Assembly: GCA_964437445.1 (NCBI GenBank)
Contig: CAYTGR010000013.1
Span: forward strand, 17,786-81,785
Reading direction: 5' to 3'
DNA from: an uncultured Anaerolineales bacterium
Lineage (GTDB): Bacteria; Chloroflexota; Anaerolineae; B4-G1; SLSP01
Length of the DNA: 64,000 bases
A model generated the notes under the pieces. That model did no database searches and was not told the DNA's origin. It saw only the letters and a program-made list of their open reading frames with translations. Position 1 is the first letter of the stretch. Each line of letters begins with the position of its first letter. The position numbers and the translations under genes were made by a program. Of the stretch, positions 35,989 to 45,675 are shown one piece after another.

Positions 35989-36360
35989 GTGATGCATCCA
36001 GTTCCTACGGAATGTCCGGTCTGCCACGACGATTTATTAGTCACGCGGCTGGTTTGCCGGCGCTGCGGTACGGTGCTCAAAAACCGGTTTGAGCTGGACG
36101 CGCTTTCGCGTCTGATACCAGAGCAGCGCCATTTCGTGGAGGTGTTTCTCCGCTGTGAGGGGAAACTCAACTGCGTCCAGGACGCGCTGGGGATCTCTTA
36201 TCCCACCGTCCGCAGCCGGCTGGACGAAGTCATCCGGGCGTTGGGACCCCGGGCCCCGGAGCCGGCGGGCGCGCCCGCGTCACGTCAGGAGATCCTGGCG
36301 CGGCTGGCCCGCCAGGAGATCACCGCCGAAGAGGCCTTGACCCTGCTGGAAACTTTGTGA
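35989..36360 (+). CDS. DUF2089-type zinc-ribbon plus HTH protein
   Basis: CPVCHDDL..CRRCG zinc ribbon, then a sigma-70 region-4-like HTH (ISYPTVRSRLDEVIRAL). Confidence 0.6.
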   Translation: MMHPVPTECPVCHDDLLVTRLVCRRCGTVLKNRFELDALSRLIPEQRHFVEVFLRCEGKLNCVQDALGISYPTVRSRLDEVIRALGPRAPEPAGAPASRQEILARLARQEITAEEALTLLETL

Positions 36361-36374
36361 CGAAGCTGGCTTAA

Positions 36375-37634
36375 TTGAATCAAAAGGAGCAAAAGGAGAA
36401 GGAGATGTTTGACCAAACTGTAGCAACCGGGGCCGCGCCCCACATTGTGGTAGAAGAATGTTCAGGTAGCCTGGCCGTGCGGGGGACGGAAACCCGGCAA
36501 GTCCGTATCCGCATGTCGGGTGACGCCGAATCCAGCGCGCTGACCCAGGAAGGGGACGTCCTCACGTTCCGGGCGCCTGGAGATTGCCGTCTTACCTGCC
36601 CGCCTGGCACTATGCTGACCCTCAAAGCCGTGCGGGGGGACTTGCAGGTGCGCATGGTGCACGGGGCGATCACCGCAGGCCAGGTCAATGGTAGCGCCGA
36701 TTTGCGGGACGTCGGCTCGCTGGCCCTGGGACAGGTCTCTGGCGATTTGCGCGCGCGGGGTGTGGCCGGGGACGTGGTGGGACAAGGGGTGTCCGGCGAC
36801 GCCCGCGTCCGGGCGGTGGCCGGACAACTCACGCTGCACCAGGTCGGCGGCGACCTGCGGGCCGACGCTGTGCAGAAAGGGATCGCCGTGGAAGCTGTGA
36901 GCGGCGACGTGCGTTTAGGCCCGCCCTTTGCTCCGGGGGCTGCTTATCGCCTCAGCGCCGGCGGGGACCTGGTCGTCAGGCTGAATAGAGAGGCCAGCGT
37001 CCATTTTAAACTCCAGGCCAGGGGAAACGTTCAGGTGCGCGTCCCCAACCTGGCCCTGCAAGAGCAAGAGGGAGCGCTGGTAGGGGATTTAGGGACCGGC
37101 GAGGCGTTGCTGGAGGCCTCGGTCGGCGGGCGAGCCGTGCTCAAAGCGGGTGAGTTGGAGAGCGACGAGTTCCCTGAGTCCTACGATCTTGACCTGAGCG
37201 TCCTGGATGACCTTGGCCCGCTGGTTGAGGCGCGGGTCGCTGAGGCCATGGCTGACCTTAATCTGCGGCTGGAAAACGAGGGCTGGTTCATGGCCGATGA
37301 AGGCCGGTTGCGGCAGCGGGTGGAGCAGATTGCCGAACAGGCGGCCGAGCGCGCCCGTCAGGCCGCCGAACGGGAGGCCGAGCGGGCCCGCCGGGCGGCC
37401 GAACGGGAGGCCGAGCGGGCCCGTATCCAGGCGGAACAGGCTGAGCGGCGCTGGCAGCGGGCCAGTGGTCACCGGCCGGCCGCCCCGCCGACGCCACCGG
37501 CTCCTCCAGCTCCGCCGGCCTCTGCGACCGACACGATCACACGCGAGGAACGGCTGCGGGTGTTGCGGTTGGTGGAAGCGGGCCGGCTCACGCCCGAGGA
37601 GGCCTCCGATTTGATTGCAGCTCTGATGAGCTGA
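36375..37634 (+). CDS. DUF4097 (toast-rack/putative adhesin beta-strand repeat) protein with Ala/Glu/Arg coiled coil and C-terminal EERLRVLRLVEAGRLTPEEA motif
   Basis: Repeated V.GD.R motifs (VSGDLRARGVAGDVVGQGVSGDARVRAVAG), the AEREAERARRAAEREAERAR repeat, and a Pro-rich segment. Confidence 0.55.
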   Translation: MNQKEQKEKEMFDQTVATGAAPHIVVEECSGSLAVRGTETRQVRIRMSGDAESSALTQEGDVLTFRAPGDCRLTCPPGTMLTLKAVRGDLQVRMVHGAITAGQVNGSADLRDVGSLALGQVSGDLRARGVAGDVVGQGVSGDARVRAVAGQLTLHQVGGDLRADAVQKGIAVEAVSGDVRLGPPFAPGAAYRLSAGGDLVVRLNREASVHFKLQARGNVQVRVPNLALQEQEGALVGDLGTGEALLEASVGGRAVLKAGELESDEFPESYDLDLSVLDDLGPLVEARVAEAMADLNLRLENEGWFMADEGRLRQRVEQIAEQAAERARQAAEREAERARRAAEREAERARIQAEQAERRWQRASGHRPAAPPTPPAPPAPPASATDTITREERLRVLRLVEAGRLTPEEASDLIAALMS

Positions 37635-37835
37635 GGCTGTTCTCGGCGTGATGCAATCCGTATGGAAGAAGAATGGGGTTTTTGCGCGCGGCTTCGCCGC
37701 GCGCAAAAACCAGCTTATAAAGATAAAGATTTGTCGTCTGCGGTTGATTTGACAGAATCCTCATCCGGTATAAAATAGTTTCATCTGTTAACTGTTAAGA
37801 TTCTTTATTAATCGCCCTGCGTCAGGAGACATCTT

Positions 37836-38303
37836 ATGCTAAATGAACCGCTGCCGGCAGAGCAGCTGGAGCAGGTGATTGACCGGTTCTGGGAGACGGT
37901 TCCGCCGCTGTGGAACCAGGTCCGTGCCCATATCCGCGCCGTCGCCGCTGCCGAGTTTGGTCTCACGGTGGAGCAGTTCCACATCCTCCGGCATATCCGC
38001 CGGGGCGTGACTTCGGTGAGCGAGCTGGCGGCCGCCAAGCAGATCAGCCGCCCGGCCGTCAGTCAGGCCGTGGATGGACTGGTCCAGCGCGGCCTGATCA
38101 GCCGCACGCCCAACTTAGTCGACCGGCGCTGCGTGCAGCTGGAACTCACGCCGGCCGGCAGCGCTTTGCTGGCAGCGGTGTTTGAAAACACCCACGCCTG
38201 GATGAAGGAGCAGCTGGCAGGGCTCACTCCGGGGGAGTTAGCGGAGCTGCTGGGGGCCCTGGAAGCGCTGAAAAAGGTACAGGCCCGCTGGTCGGCCGAA
38301 TGA
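37836..38303 (+). CDS. MarR-family transcriptional regulator
   Basis: Winged HTH HILRHIRRGVTSVSELAAAKQISRPAVSQAVDGLVQRGLISRTPNLVDRR. Confidence 0.85.
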   Translation: MLNEPLPAEQLEQVIDRFWETVPPLWNQVRAHIRAVAAAEFGLTVEQFHILRHIRRGVTSVSELAAAKQISRPAVSQAVDGLVQRGLISRTPNLVDRRCVQLELTPAGSALLAAVFENTHAWMKEQLAGLTPGELAELLGALEALKKVQARWSAE

Positions 38304-38342
38304 TGGTTTTCCAGGCGGGCGAAGCGCGAGGGGAGGGGTAAG

Positions 38343-40304
38343 ATGATGGGAATGCATGGGGGTGGCCCCTGGCCCGGGTTTTTGCGGGCACCTGCCGAAA
38401 AGCCTCAGCTCACCTGGGGGCTGCTGAAGCGCGTCCTGGGGTACTCCACGCCCTATCGCTGGCAAATTGCAGCTGTAGCCGCGATCATTTTTCTCACCGC
38501 GTTCCTGAATCTGTTGCCCCCGCTGATTTTTCGGGAATTGATTGACCACACGCTGCCGGACCGCGACCTCCAGCGTTTGGTCTTGTTGGCCGGGGGGATT
38601 TTTCTCGTGCCGCTAGCCAATGGCGGGCTGGATGTGATCCAACGACGGCTGCGCGCGCAGGCCGGCGAAGGGGTGATTTACGACCTGCGGGTGGCGCTCT
38701 TCGCCCATTTGCAACGCCTGTCGTTGCGCTTCTTTACCCACACCAAGGTCGGCGAGCTGATGAGCCGTTTGAACAACGACGTGGTCGGCGCGCAAAATGC
38801 CATCAGCAACACGCTGGTGAACATTTTTTACGATCTGGTGCAAGCCATTGTTCTGTTGGTCGTGATGTTCTCTCTGGAATGGCGGCTGACCCTGCTCAGC
38901 CTGATTTTGTTGCCGCTATTCGTCGTCGTTGCGCGGCGGGTGGGGGTACGCCTGCGCGACACCGCCCGCGAGCAGATGGATCTCAACGCCCAGATGAATG
39001 CCATGGCGAACGAAACGCTCAACATCGGCGGGGCGTTGCTGGTGAAGCTCTTTGGCCGCTCTGTTGTAGAGGTAGAACGTTTCAGTGGGCGCGCTGCCCT
39101 GGTGCGCGACAAGGGGGTGGAGCGCGCCGTCTTGGGCACCCTCTTTTTCATCAGCATCAGCCTGTTGAGCGCGGCCGGCTCCGCGTTGATCTATGGCGTC
39201 GGCGGCTATTTTGTCATTCAAAGGGTTTTCACCATTGGCACAATTGTGGCCTTCAGCACCTATCTGGGCAACCTGTACCGGGCCTTGAACTCGCTGGCCA
39301 ATGCGCCGGTGGAATTTGCGACCTCGGTGGTCAGCTTTGAGCGCGTCTTTGAGGTGCTTGACCTGCCGCCCGACATCCCCGAGTCGCCCGACGCCATGGT
39401 GCTCCAGGAAGTACGCGGCGAACTGGTCTTTGAGGATGTTACCTTCAAATATGACGTGGACGAAAAGGCGCTGCTCAGCGACGTGCATCGTTACGGGCAG
39501 ATGGAAGCCGTGACGGCGGTGCTCTCCGGGGGCAAAGGGGCAGGTACGGGGAGAAGCCGGGAGGGCAACGGTGGCGGTGAAGAAGCCATCCGCACCCAGG
39601 CGCGCGAGATGGCCCTGGAACACATTGATTTCCGCGTCGCACCCGGCCAGCTGGTGGCGTTGGTCGGCCCCAGCGGGGCGGGCAAGACGACGCTGACCTA
39701 TCTGATCCCCCGGCTCTACGATCCCACCGCGGGGCGGATTCTGCTGGATGGGCACGATCTGCGCGCGGTGACGCTGGCCTCGCTCGCGGCCCAGATTGGC
39801 ATGGTCACCCAGGAAGCGTATCTGTTTCACGACACGATCCGCACGAACCTGCTCTATGCCCGGCTGGATGCTACCCAGGACGAGCTGGAGGTCGCTACCC
39901 GGGCCGCCAACATCCACGATTTCATCATGAGCCTGCCCGCCGGCTACGATACCATCGTCGGCGAGCGCGGTTACCGGTTGAGCGGCGGCGAGAAGCAGCG
40001 GATTGCGCTGGCGCGTGTCATCCTCAAGAACCCCCGCATTCTGGTGCTGGATGAAGCCACCAGCCACCTGGATAGCGAATCTGAGGCGCTGATTCAGGAG
40101 GCGCTCAAGCGGGTCATGGCCGGACGCACCAGTATCGTCATCGCGCACCGCCTGAGCACCATCCTGGCCGCCGACCTGATCCTGGTCTTTGACCGGGGCC
40201 GGATTGTGGAGCGCGGCACGCATCAAGACCTGTTGGCCCTGGGCGGGCTGTACGCCCAATTATACGAGACCCAGTTCAGCCGTGGGCGCGGGTTCTCATT
40301 CTGA
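38343..40304 (+). CDS. ABC exporter, fused TMD-NBD (MsbA/MdlB-like), with a Gly-rich insertion preceding Walker A
   Basis: Six TM helices. GPSGAGKTT, LSGGEKQR, ILVLDEATSHLD. Extra ~45 aa (SGGKGAGTGRSREGNGGGEE) between the NBD N-terminal strand and the P-loop. Confidence 0.85.
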   Translation: MMGMHGGGPWPGFLRAPAEKPQLTWGLLKRVLGYSTPYRWQIAAVAAIIFLTAFLNLLPPLIFRELIDHTLPDRDLQRLVLLAGGIFLVPLANGGLDVIQRRLRAQAGEGVIYDLRVALFAHLQRLSLRFFTHTKVGELMSRLNNDVVGAQNAISNTLVNIFYDLVQAIVLLVVMFSLEWRLTLLSLILLPLFVVVARRVGVRLRDTAREQMDLNAQMNAMANETLNIGGALLVKLFGRSVVEVERFSGRAALVRDKGVERAVLGTLFFISISLLSAAGSALIYGVGGYFVIQRVFTIGTIVAFSTYLGNLYRALNSLANAPVEFATSVVSFERVFEVLDLPPDIPESPDAMVLQEVRGELVFEDVTFKYDVDEKALLSDVHRYGQMEAVTAVLSGGKGAGTGRSREGNGGGEEAIRTQAREMALEHIDFRVAPGQLVALVGPSGAGKTTLTYLIPRLYDPTAGRILLDGHDLRAVTLASLAAQIGMVTQEAYLFHDTIRTNLLYARLDATQDELEVATRAANIHDFIMSLPAGYDTIVGERGYRLSGGEKQRIALARVILKNPRILVLDEATSHLDSESEALIQEALKRVMAGRTSIVIAHRLSTILAADLILVFDRGRIVERGTHQDLLALGGLYAQLYETQFSRGRGFSF

Positions 40305-40387
40305 CGAAAATGAGCGGCATAAGAATCCCACAAACGGGGGGGCGCTTCTGCTCTCTATTTCCTGCCCCCTCTTAACGGAGCAATTTC

Positions 40388-42133
40388 ATGGCCTATGTTT
40401 TTAAACTCAAGTCGTTCGTCAAGCCGTATTGGCGATTGGCGCTGCTCTCGCTGGTCCTGCTGGTCGGCCTCGTGTTTATGGATCTTGCCATTCCCCGGTT
40501 GATTCAGCGCATCATTGACCAGGGGATCGCCCGCCAGGATCTGCCGACGGTGGTCAACACGGCGTTGATCATGCTTGGCCTTTCGGTGTTGAGCACGCTC
40601 TTTGCCGTCGGCAACAACATCTTTTCCATCCGGGCCGGCGAAGGGGTGGCGCGCGACTTGCGGGAAGCGCTTTTTCTCAAAATCCAATCCTTCTCCTTTG
40701 GCAACCTGGATCAGTTGAGCACCGGGCAATTGCTGGTTCGGCTCAGTAGCGATACTACGCTCTTCCAGCGGATGGTGCAGGTGCTTTTGCGCATCGGTAC
40801 CCGCGCACCGCTGCTGATGATCGGCAGTTTGATTTTGATGTTTAATACCGACCGCCGGCTGGCCCTGCTGATGATCCCTTTGCTGATCATCACTTTGGGG
40901 ATTGTCACCTTTTTCATTGCTAAGATGGGGCCGCTTTTCCGCACCGCCCAGCAAAAGCTGGATTGGTTGAATACGGTGTTGCAGGAGGCCATTGCCGGCG
41001 TGCGCGTCGTCAAGGCCTTTGTGCGCGAGGACCACGAGCGCGCGCGTTTCGCTGCGGCCAATGAGTCCTACACTGACCGCTCCATTCAGGTGATGCGTTT
41101 TATGGCGACGCTGGGCCCGGCGTTGAGCATTTTCGTGAACGTGGGGGTGGTGATGGTCATCTGGGCCGGCGGGCTCCAGGCGATCCAGGGCCGGCTCTCG
41201 TTAGGGCAGATTGTTGCTTTCACCAATTACTTGCTTACCACACTGGGACCACTCACCATCATGGTCATGCTCTCCAACGTGGTGGCAGCGGCGACTGCCT
41301 CCGCCGAGCGGATTGTCCAGGTGCTGGAGATGGTGCCGGAGGTGCAGGACGCCCCGGATGCCCTCACGCTCCCGGCGCTGGAAAAGCCACAGGTGGTCTT
41401 TGAGAATGTGGCCTTTCACTATAACGGCGCGACCGACAGCGCGGTGCTGAACGGTGTGACCTTTACCGCCGAACCCGGCCAGACGGTGGCCCTGCTGGGC
41501 GCGACCGGGGCCGGGAAATCCACTCTCGTCAATTTGATCCCCCGCTTTTACGACGTGGCCGCCGGCCGGGTGTTGCTCAACGGCGTGGATATCCGCCGGC
41601 TGCAGCAGGATAGCCTGCTGGCCCACATCGGCATTGTGCCGCAGGAGACGGTGCTCTTCTCCGGCACCGTGCGCGATAACATCCGCTACGGTTGCCCCAA
41701 CGCCGACGACGCGGCGGTCGTCGCGGCGGCCCAGGCGGCCCAGGCCCACGAGTTTATCCTGAATCTGCCTCAAGGCTACGACACGCACGTTGAGGAGCGC
41801 GGGGTCAACCTCTCGGGCGGCCAAAAGCAGCGCCTGGCCATCGCCCGCGCGCTGCTCATGCGCCCGGCCATCCTTATCCTGGACGACAGCACCAGTTCGG
41901 TAGACGTGGAGACCGAGACGAAAATCCAGGATGCGCTCGTGACGTGGATGCACGACCGGACCTGTTTTGTGGTGGCGCAGCGCATCAGCACCGTTTTGCG
42001 GGCCGACAAAATCCTGGTGCTGGATCAGGGCCGCGTGGTCGCTGAGGGGACGCACAGTCAGCTGTTGCAGTCCTGTCCGATTTATCAAGAGATCTACGCC
42101 TCCCAGCTGGGCAATGGCGTGACCCTGGAGTAG
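40388..42133 (+). CDS. ABC exporter, fused TMD-NBD
   Basis: GATGAGKST, LSGGQKQR, ILILDDSTSSVD. Confidence 0.85.
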   Translation: MAYVFKLKSFVKPYWRLALLSLVLLVGLVFMDLAIPRLIQRIIDQGIARQDLPTVVNTALIMLGLSVLSTLFAVGNNIFSIRAGEGVARDLREALFLKIQSFSFGNLDQLSTGQLLVRLSSDTTLFQRMVQVLLRIGTRAPLLMIGSLILMFNTDRRLALLMIPLLIITLGIVTFFIAKMGPLFRTAQQKLDWLNTVLQEAIAGVRVVKAFVREDHERARFAAANESYTDRSIQVMRFMATLGPALSIFVNVGVVMVIWAGGLQAIQGRLSLGQIVAFTNYLLTTLGPLTIMVMLSNVVAAATASAERIVQVLEMVPEVQDAPDALTLPALEKPQVVFENVAFHYNGATDSAVLNGVTFTAEPGQTVALLGATGAGKSTLVNLIPRFYDVAAGRVLLNGVDIRRLQQDSLLAHIGIVPQETVLFSGTVRDNIRYGCPNADDAAVVAAAQAAQAHEFILNLPQGYDTHVEERGVNLSGGQKQRLAIARALLMRPAILILDDSTSSVDVETETKIQDALVTWMHDRTCFVVAQRISTVLRADKILVLDQGRVVAEGTHSQLLQSCPIYQEIYASQLGNGVTLE

Positions 42134-42136
42134 GCC

Positions 42137-43975
42137 ATGTCACATTCATCTATGCCCTCTCGTGAAGCGTCCCCCGATTACCGCGCGCGTATGGCGAGCC
42201 GGGGGCCGGCGCGGCCCGGCAAAATTGAGAAGGCCCGCGACCCCCGCCAGGCATTGCGACGACTTGTGCGCTATCTCAGTCCGTACAAGGCGGCCCTGGT
42301 GCTGGTCGTGGGGCTGGTGTTGCTCTATACCCTTCTGGGGTTGCTGGAGCCCTACCTGATGGGCGTCGCCATTGACCGTTTCATCGCTACCAGGAACGCC
42401 GCCGGGTTGGGACGCATGGCGCTGTTGATGTTGGGGGTCTACCTGCTGGATAACGGGTGTCAGGCCGCTGCCAGCTGGGCGATGGCGCGCATCTCTCAGA
42501 GCGCGCTCCAACGGCTGCGCGGCGATCTGTTCGGTCACTTGCAAAGTCTCTCTATCAGTTTCTTTGACCGCCACACGGCCGGCGAACTGATGAGCCGCCT
42601 GACTAACGACATTGACGCCATCAACCAGGCCGTCTCGCAAAACGTGGTCTCGTTGGTGGCGAGCGTCCTCTCGCTGGGGGGGATGCTCATCGCCATGTTC
42701 GTGCTGAACTACTGGCTGGCGCTGGCGTCGTTGCTGGTCGTTCCCATCATGGCCTGGTTTACCAACTTTGTCGCTCGCTATACGCGCAAGGGTTTTCGTG
42801 AATTGCAAAAGCAGCTCGGCGAGCTCAGCGGGGTGATGGAGGAGGCGATCAGTGGGCAGCGCGTGGTCAAGGCGTTCCGCCGCAACGACACCGTGATCGC
42901 CGCTTTCCGCCAGCACAACCAGGAGGTCTACCGGGCGGGCGTTTACGCCAACACTTACGCGATGCTCTTGATGCCGTTGACCAACGTGTTAGGCAACTTT
43001 TTCGTGATCGTGTTGGCCGGGTTTGGCGGTTGGCTGGCGCTACAAGGGCTGGTCACGGTGGGGATGATCGCCACCTTCATCAACTACGGCCATAATTTCG
43101 TCAACCCGCTGCGCCAGCTCGCCAACCTTTACAACTCCATCCAGGCGGCGCTGGCCGGAGCCGAGCGGGTCTTTGAGATCCTTGATATCCCCGCTGAGGT
43201 GGACGATACCTCCGAGGCGGCGCGCCTGCCGGCAATGGCCGGCGATGTCCGCTTTGAGAATGTTCAGTTTGGCTACGTCCCCGGCACCCCGATCATCAAA
43301 GCGATGTCGTTGGAGGCGCACCCCGGCGAGACGGTGGCGCTGGTTGGGCCGACGGGCGCGGGCAAGACCACGCTCATCAATTTGCTGATGCGCTTCTACG
43401 AGGTAGAGGGCGGCCGCATCACGATTGACGGCCGCGACCTCCGCCAGCTCCGCAAGGCCGACCTGCGCCAGCAGTTGGGGCTGGTACTGCAAGACACCTT
43501 CCTCTTCTCGGCAACGGTGCTGGAGAACATCCGTTACGGGCGGCTGGACGCGACCGACGAGGAGTGCGTGGAGGCTGCCCGCCTGGCGGACGCCGATCCC
43601 TTTATCCGGCAGTTGCCGCATGGGTATCAGACGTTGCTTTCGGAGCGGGGCAGCAACCTCAGCCAGGGCCAGCGCCAGCTGCTTTCCATCGCCCGCGCGA
43701 TCCTGGCCGATCCCGGCATTTTGATCCTGGACGAGGCGACCAGCAGCGTGGATACCCGCACCGAGGCGCGGATCCAAAAGGCGCTGCTGCGGTTGATGCA
43801 GGGGCGGACCAGCTTCGTCATTGCACACCGCCTGAGCACCATCCGCGACGCCGACCAGGTCATTGTGATCAACAACGGGGAGATCGTGGAACAAGGGACA
43901 CACCAGCAGTTGTTGGAGCGGCGCGGCTTTTACCACCACCTCTACGTCAGCCAGTTCAAAGGGCAGGCGATTTAA
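42137..43975 (+). CDS. ABC exporter, fused TMD-NBD (probable heterodimer partner of the preceding gene)
   Basis: GPTGAGKTT, LSQGQRQL, ILILDEATSSVD. The two genes are 3 nt apart. Confidence 0.85.
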   Translation: MSHSSMPSREASPDYRARMASRGPARPGKIEKARDPRQALRRLVRYLSPYKAALVLVVGLVLLYTLLGLLEPYLMGVAIDRFIATRNAAGLGRMALLMLGVYLLDNGCQAAASWAMARISQSALQRLRGDLFGHLQSLSISFFDRHTAGELMSRLTNDIDAINQAVSQNVVSLVASVLSLGGMLIAMFVLNYWLALASLLVVPIMAWFTNFVARYTRKGFRELQKQLGELSGVMEEAISGQRVVKAFRRNDTVIAAFRQHNQEVYRAGVYANTYAMLLMPLTNVLGNFFVIVLAGFGGWLALQGLVTVGMIATFINYGHNFVNPLRQLANLYNSIQAALAGAERVFEILDIPAEVDDTSEAARLPAMAGDVRFENVQFGYVPGTPIIKAMSLEAHPGETVALVGPTGAGKTTLINLLMRFYEVEGGRITIDGRDLRQLRKADLRQQLGLVLQDTFLFSATVLENIRYGRLDATDEECVEAARLADADPFIRQLPHGYQTLLSERGSNLSQGQRQLLSIARAILADPGILILDEATSSVDTRTEARIQKALLRLMQGRTSFVIAHRLSTIRDADQVIVINNGEIVEQGTHQQLLERRGFYHHLYVSQFKGQAI

Positions 43976-44101
43976 GCGGCCGGTATCGTGAGGGGGCGTA
44001 ACGCCGGGAGGATTGGCCATTGGGGATGACCTGATGGGCGTGGTAATCCCTGACGCTGGTCTCGCCGGGCTGCGGGAAGACACTGCCCGACGGCGGGGAA
44101 G

Positions 44102-45421
44102 CTATCCTTTGCGCCGGGCGCGCTGCTGTTGAAATAGTGCCGGCCAGGCTCGTATCCCCAATACGGCAAACGGAACCAGAACGGTCACATAGCGGTTAGC
44201 GTCAAAGCGGATCAGCGTTAGCTGGGCTGTCCTATCGGCCGGGCAGGTGATGGGCAATCCACCGATGACAATAATCCCTTGTCCAACGCAGTCATACATG
44301 GCGGGCACGCGCAGCAGCACCAACCCCATCAACGCCAGCGCCGCCAGGCCCAGGATTTTCGCGTGGCGGCTGGTGCTCACTCCCAGCCCCAGTAGTCCCA
44401 GGGAGATGAGGGCCGACCAGATCAAAATTCCCGACTGCGGGTTGAGCAGACTGGCAAAAATGTATCCCCCATCCAGCGTTAGCCGGTTGATGTCGCCTTT
44501 GAGAATACCGACATGCCAGGGCGTGCCAAACTGCGTGGCGTTGTACACCAGCAAGATCACTGCCGCTGCCAGACCTCCTGATATCCACCGGTGCAACCAG
44601 CGCCATTCCCTGAGGATTACCAGAGCGACCGTAACCACTGCCACCATGACCGCCGTTTCCAGCCGAACCAGTACCAGCACCCCCCCACACAATCCGGCCA
44701 GCCATTGTGTCCCGGCTGTTGGGGTGAGTGAGCTTTTGACAAAGAAGTAGCAGAACAGGGCACTGATGCCCAGGGCAGTCAGGGTGGCGTAGGCGGGCGT
44801 TTGGACGATATTGTGCATCAGCACCGGTGCTGTGACCACCATCAGCGGCGCCAGACTGACCCCCTGGACGGACCGGGACTCCAGGGACAGCGTCTTGATC
44901 ATGATCAGCAGCCCGCCGAAGAGCAGGCCGTAGCTTGTTAACAGCATGGCGGCGATGATCTTCCACCGGAACCAGCTGTTCTCGGCAGCGATGTAAAAGT
45001 CCTTGAAAAAGAGTTCCCGGAATAGAAGGGGGGTGGCAGGAATCAGCGTTTGCTCTGTGACCGGTGCTGGCGATGGGGGCACCTGTTCCGGCGGGAAGGA
45101 GGGGGGAGTCACGGTTACAGTTTGCACGAAAGGTTCCACTACCAGCGAGAGGACGGTATAGGGGATCAGCGTGAGGATGGGATAGCCGGGCGAGCGTTGT
45201 TCCAGGAAGGGCAGATTGTGGACCAGGGGCGTGCTATCGCTTCCGGCCAGTCTCTGTACGATAGCGTAATAATCAATCGCATCAGTTTGGACGTTGGCCA
45301 TTCCTGCTGTCACAATGACAACTGCCAGCAAGATCAATAACGCAGCGCACAGTGCGTAATCCAGCCGGTGTAACCATTGCATTTTGTTCTTTCCCCCGTG
45401 GATTGGGTTTTGGAATCCCAT
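44102..45421 (-). CDS. Polytopic membrane protein, possibly a GT-C-type glycosyltransferase (weak)
   Basis: About 11 hydrophobic helices with a central Pro-rich extracytoplasmic loop. No definitive motif. Confidence 0.3.
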   Translation of the reverse strand: MGFQNPIHGGKNKMQWLHRLDYALCAALLILLAVVIVTAGMANVQTDAIDYYAIVQRLAGSDSTPLVHNLPFLEQRSPGYPILTLIPYTVLSLVVEPFVQTVTVTPPSFPPEQVPPSPAPVTEQTLIPATPLLFRELFFKDFYIAAENSWFRWKIIAAMLLTSYGLLFGGLLIMIKTLSLESRSVQGVSLAPLMVVTAPVLMHNIVQTPAYATLTALGISALFCYFFVKSSLTPTAGTQWLAGLCGGVLVLVRLETAVMVAVVTVALVILREWRWLHRWISGGLAAAVILLVYNATQFGTPWHVGILKGDINRLTLDGGYIFASLLNPQSGILIWSALISLGLLGLGVSTSRHAKILGLAALALMGLVLLRVPAMYDCVGQGIIVIGGLPITCPADRTAQLTLIRFDANRYVTVLVPFAVLGIRAWPALFQQQRARRKG

Positions 45422-45675
45422 TGCTCAGATCAGCCCGCGAGTATTATCGTTTGGAAATGGAGCAAAGGCAAGCCCAGACCGTTGGCTCCCTTTCCCTCTG
45501 CCCAAAAAGGGCGATAATGGGGGGTGGGGAGATGCGGAGCGGAGATAAAATGGAGGGGGAATTCCCTGAACCGGAGTTCACGAACGCCGGGCGAACTAAA
45601 GCTCGCGTTACGTTTGCCACTGGCTGAGCAACTAAGCGACCCAAGGCTCATTGACTTTAAAGAGGAGGTATTGCC

